Under the pieces are notes generated by a model. That model searched no databases and had not been told where the DNA came from. It saw only the letters and a list, made by a program, of their open reading frames with translations. A program made the translations under genes and the position numbers. 19,084 nt of DNA from a virus (lineage: Duplodnaviria > Heunggongvirae > Uroviricota > Caudoviricetes): the IMG/VR virus record IMGVR_UViG_2609459794_000003; one strand, given 5' to 3'. Shown here one piece after another: positions 16,293-19,084 of this stretch (its first letter is position 1; each line of letters starts with the position of its first letter).

Positions 16293-16484
16293 AATAAATC
16301 CTGTACTTTTGATAGTTGAGAGTAAGTATGAAAGATAGATGATTACGACCGATCACTTAAAGAACTTTCATACTATATTAGGAATAGTCCATAACAGAAA
16401 AATTGTCAGTGATGACGCCAGAAAGGCAATTTAGTCCGTGCACTACACAGTTTATGTGTTAATGAATTAGTCAAGGGGGAGAAT

Positions 16485-17444
16485 ATGATAAAAAAACCTG
16501 TGATTGGAATCAGCGGTTGTTTGGCCGGTTCTGCTGTTCGTTTTGATGGTGGTCATAAAAGAGCTGACTTTTTAATGGACAAATTAGTGGAATGGGTAAC
16601 ATTCAGACCAGTATGTCCGGAAATGGCTATAGGGCTGCCAGTTCCGCGTCCTGCTCTACGTCTTGTGCGCTCGACGCAAGGAAATATACGGATGTGTTTC
16701 AGCCACGACCAGAATGAGGATGTGACAGAGAGAATGACAGAGTTTAGTCGTTCTTATATGGACAAATTAAAGGATGTATCGGGGTTTGTGGTTTGTGCTA
16801 AATCTCCCAGCTGTGGCATGGAGCGCGTGCGTGTCTATGATGAAAATGGTAATCGAGGTCGTAAAGATGGAGTGGGACTATTTACGAGCACTTTGATGGA
16901 AAAGTTTTCCTGGCTACCGGTTGAAGAGGATGGGCGATTACATGATCCAGTGCTTCGTGAGAATTTTGTTGAAAGAGTTTTTGCTTTGCATGAGCTCAAT
17001 CACCTTTACAAGGAGAAATTATCAAGAAGAGAGTTATTAGCTTTTCATAGTCGTTATAAGCTTCAGTTGTTGGCGCATAGTCAGGCAGGCTATAAAGATA
17101 TGGGACCATTTGTGGCTGCAATGCACGAGTGGGCGGACCTTGAATCATACTTTGAGGTGTATCGTGATAAGCTGATGGCGATTCTCAGAAAACCTGCATC
17201 ACGTAAAAATCACACGAATGTGCTGATGCATATACAGGGGTATTTTAGTAACTACTTAAGTACACGCCAGCGTAAAGAGTTGAGCGAGGTTATACTTAAC
17301 TATCGTTCTGGCACATTACCTCTTCTTGCGCCGTTGACTCTGCTGAAGCATTATCTGGGTGAGTATCCTAATGATTACTTGCTTACACAGAATTACTTCG
17401 ATCCCTATCCGGACGAACTGGCTCTAAGACTGATGGTAAATTAA
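16485..17444 (+). CDS. two-domain DUF523 (TudS-like, Cys-rich) / DUF1722 (YbgA-like) protein
   Basis: N-terminus MIKKPVIGISGCLAGSAVRFDGGHKR...RPVCPE...CAKSPSCG resembles the Fe-S-binding DUF523 fold; the C-terminal half resembles YbgA-type DUF1722. Assignment from motif recall only. Confidence 0.55.
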   Translation: MIKKPVIGISGCLAGSAVRFDGGHKRADFLMDKLVEWVTFRPVCPEMAIGLPVPRPALRLVRSTQGNIRMCFSHDQNEDVTERMTEFSRSYMDKLKDVSGFVVCAKSPSCGMERVRVYDENGNRGRKDGVGLFTSTLMEKFSWLPVEEDGRLHDPVLRENFVERVFALHELNHLYKEKLSRRELLAFHSRYKLQLLAHSQAGYKDMGPFVAAMHEWADLESYFEVYRDKLMAILRKPASRKNHTNVLMHIQGYFSNYLSTRQRKELSEVILNYRSGTLPLLAPLTLLKHYLGEYPNDYLLTQNYFDPYPDELALRLMVN

Positions 17445-17786
17445 TTGTATGCGATATCATCCAAAAGGATGAGTTCCTGCATGCAGGATATTTACAATCG
17501 TAAAAACTACACTATGATACCCAGAGTGTCAGTTTGTATAAAAACTCTGTTTACGCTGAAGAAACCATTGAGATGCAACTTAAAGTTGGTAAACATGCCA
17601 GTCAAAATATATAATATTATGATTCCACGCAGCTATATATAATATAACAGATTGGTTTAATAATTTGTCTTTGTGAGTTAAATACATAATTTTATACTTG
17701 TGATGCAATGAGATTTTCCTTATTGTTGAACTGGCGAATATTGATTTTCCACCTATACTTACCTGGTGTAACCCCAATGATATCAG

Positions 17787-18527
17787 GTGGATAATATGCC
17801 ATACATATGTTCTATCATTTTGGTGTTGAACTCGTTTGATGTCCGAATTGGTAAAGAAGATATTTTGTTTAAAAAAGGAAGTGCTGTTCTCATTGATTAC
17901 AATTTAAAAGATTTTTTTTCATCAAATATAGATCATGTAATGATCGTAGATGTTGAAGAGAAAACAGTTAATGATTTCTTTAAAAGCAACACACTCTCAC
18001 CTTTTTCTGTAAGAAGGTTTTATCCGGCATACTTGATGGTGGAATGTGAAGATTTTTCATTGTTAAAGAACTTGATTGCATGCTTGAATTGTGATGGCAG
18101 AACTGTGGATTTTGTTAGAAATCAAATATCACTTGCATGTCTTGCTATCTTATCTTCAGAGAAAATAGTGCAAAGTTTTTTATTTGGATGTCTTAATAGT
18201 TTAGGAAGTAAAGTTAAGGCTATTATTCACACGGATATATCTGCAGCATGGAGACTTTGTGATATATCTTCAAGACTGTATCTGAGTGAAAGTCTGTTAA
18301 AAAGAAAATTAAAGCACGAAGGCTTATCATTTAGTAAGTTAATTCTTGAAGAGCGAATGGTGATGGCGGAAAGGTTATTAAGCTACAATTTATATTCTGT
18401 TGGAAAAGTTGCTGAGATATGCGGTTATGAAAACACGTCATATTTTGTAAGTGTTTTCAGAAGATATTTTGGTGTTCCTCCCCATCAATATTCATCAAGA
18501 CTTTTTTTAGAAAAAGACATGATGTAA
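17787..18527 (+). CDS. AraC-family regulator, AppY/GadX-like
   Basis: 246-aa low-GC ORF with C-terminal AraC HTH (WRLCDISSRLYLSESLLKRKLKHEGLSFSKLILEERMVMAERLL...VGKVAEICGYENTSYFVSVFRRYFGVPPHQY); N-terminus resembles AppY-type regulators. AT-rich upstream region. Confidence 0.8.
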   Translation: MDNMPYICSIILVLNSFDVRIGKEDILFKKGSAVLIDYNLKDFFSSNIDHVMIVDVEEKTVNDFFKSNTLSPFSVRRFYPAYLMVECEDFSLLKNLIACLNCDGRTVDFVRNQISLACLAILSSEKIVQSFLFGCLNSLGSKVKAIIHTDISAAWRLCDISSRLYLSESLLKRKLKHEGLSFSKLILEERMVMAERLLSYNLYSVGKVAEICGYENTSYFVSVFRRYFGVPPHQYSSRLFLEKDMM

Positions 18528-18588
18528 CGTGATGCGTTTTAATGATTTTGTAATTTTCGTATTTGATAATTGTATGATGCTTTCAGCT

Positions 18589-18620
18589 ACGCCAGAATAA
18601 TCGCTGGCGTTTTTCTTTTT
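18589..18620 (+). terminator. putative intrinsic terminator after the AppY-like gene
   Basis: ACGCCAG-aataatcg-CTGGCGT followed by TTTTTCTTTTT. Confidence 0.6.
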
Positions 18621-18715
18621 GAATAGATGTTCAAGCCTTACGCTAATGTAACTTCTATACCTTTCCTCTTCGTTCCGAACCGTGTACACCATCCGTTATT
18701 TGCGGAGGTGAGGCT

Positions 18716-18931
18716 ATGAAATCCATGGATAAGTTAACAACGGGCATTGCCTACGGCACCTCCGCAGGCAGTGCTGGCTACTGGTTTTTACAGCTGCTCG
18801 ATAAAGTCACGCCCTCACAGTGGGCAGCAATAGGTGTGCTGGGTAGCTTGGTATTTGGCCTGCTGACGTACCTGACAAACCTTTATTTCAAGATTAAAGA
18901 AGATAAGCGCAAGGCTGCGAGAGGTGAATAA
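18716..18931 (+). CDS. essD: class II pinholin, phage 21 S-type, with dual-start motif
   Basis: 71-aa [74 protein letters not shown] with two TM segments and Met1/Met4 starts (antiholin/holin pattern of S21). Confidence 0.9.
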   Translation: MKSMDKLTTGIAYGTSAGSAGYWFLQLLDKVTPSQWAAIGVLGSLVFGLLTYLTNLYFKIKEDKRKAARGE

Positions 18932-19084
18932 TGCCTCCATCATTACGAAAAGCCGTTGCTGCTGCTATTGGTGGCGGAGCAATTGCTATAGCATCAGTGT
19001 TAATCACTGGCTCAAGTGGTAACGATGGTCTGGAGGGTGTCAGCTACATACCATACAAAGATATTGTTGGTGTATGGACTGTAT
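18931..19084 (+). CDS. rrrD: SAR (signal-anchor-release) endolysin, N-terminal part; gene continues beyond the window
   Basis: [51 protein letters not shown]...; Gly/Ala-rich weakly hydrophobic SAR domain. Its ATG overlaps the holin stop (TAATG). Confidence 0.8.
   Translation, partial: MPPSLRKAVAAAIGGGAIAIASVLITGSSGNDGLEGVSYIPYKDIVGVWTV

Noticed and set aside
15613-16484. tRNA genes or Shiga-toxin genes downstream of Q, as in Stx phages
   Set aside because: No cloverleaf-compatible sequence (no GTTCGA-type T-arm) and no stx-like ORFs; the slot is occupied by the lipocalin block instead.
17475-17488. 14-bp perfect palindrome TCCTGCATGCAGGA just after the DUF523/DUF1722 gene
   Set aside because: No loop and only a weak U-tract, so not a convincing terminator; could be a binding site but a single short palindrome in AT-rich DNA is weak evidence.
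17445-17777. Two 65-aa ORFs in the AT-rich interval upstream of the AppY-like gene
   Set aside because: Extremely AT-rich, no RBS, overlapping each other on opposite strands; more likely promoter/silencing DNA than coding.

Overview
This window is a mosaic lambdoid prophage segment (lambda / phage 21 / DLP12-like) of an Escherichia/Shigella-type genome, read from the int-proximal end into the lysis cassette. All identifications come from reading the translated ORFs and the DNA by eye; no database search was run, and named-protein matches rest on recalled sequences. Left end: a complete 1310-bp IS3-family element (IS629/IS1203-like) whose terminus supplies the stop codon of a truncated excisionase. 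Then a leftward early operon: gam, bet, exo (disrupted by an ~85-nt internal deletion and frameshift), a phage Dam-type N6-adenine methyltransferase, a TraR/DksA zinc-finger protein and several small translationally coupled ORFs. Immunity region: an S24/LexA-type CI repressor and Cro flank pR/OR, which carries a 9-7-9 palindromic operator; a matching pL/OL lies downstream of cI, and no N-like gene is present. Rightward: a YdaT-like protein in the cII position, an O-type initiator with four palindromic iterons (ori) inside it, lambda-type P and Ren. A low-GC cargo island follows (emrE, large serine recombinase ybcK, PEBP-family ybcL, AraC-type ybcM), then nin-region genes (ylcH, ybcN, ninE, ybcO, rusA, ylcG) and a Q-type antiterminator with tR'. 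Between Q and the lysis genes sits a second low-GC moron block (Blc-like lipocalin lipoprotein, DUF523/DUF1722 TudS/YbgA-like protein, AppY-like regulator), followed by an S21-type pinholin and the start of a SAR endolysin. The best candidates for undescribed biology are that Q-S moron block, the coupled Dam methyltransferase / hydrophobic peptide module, and the serine-recombinase island with its 13-bp inverted repeat.
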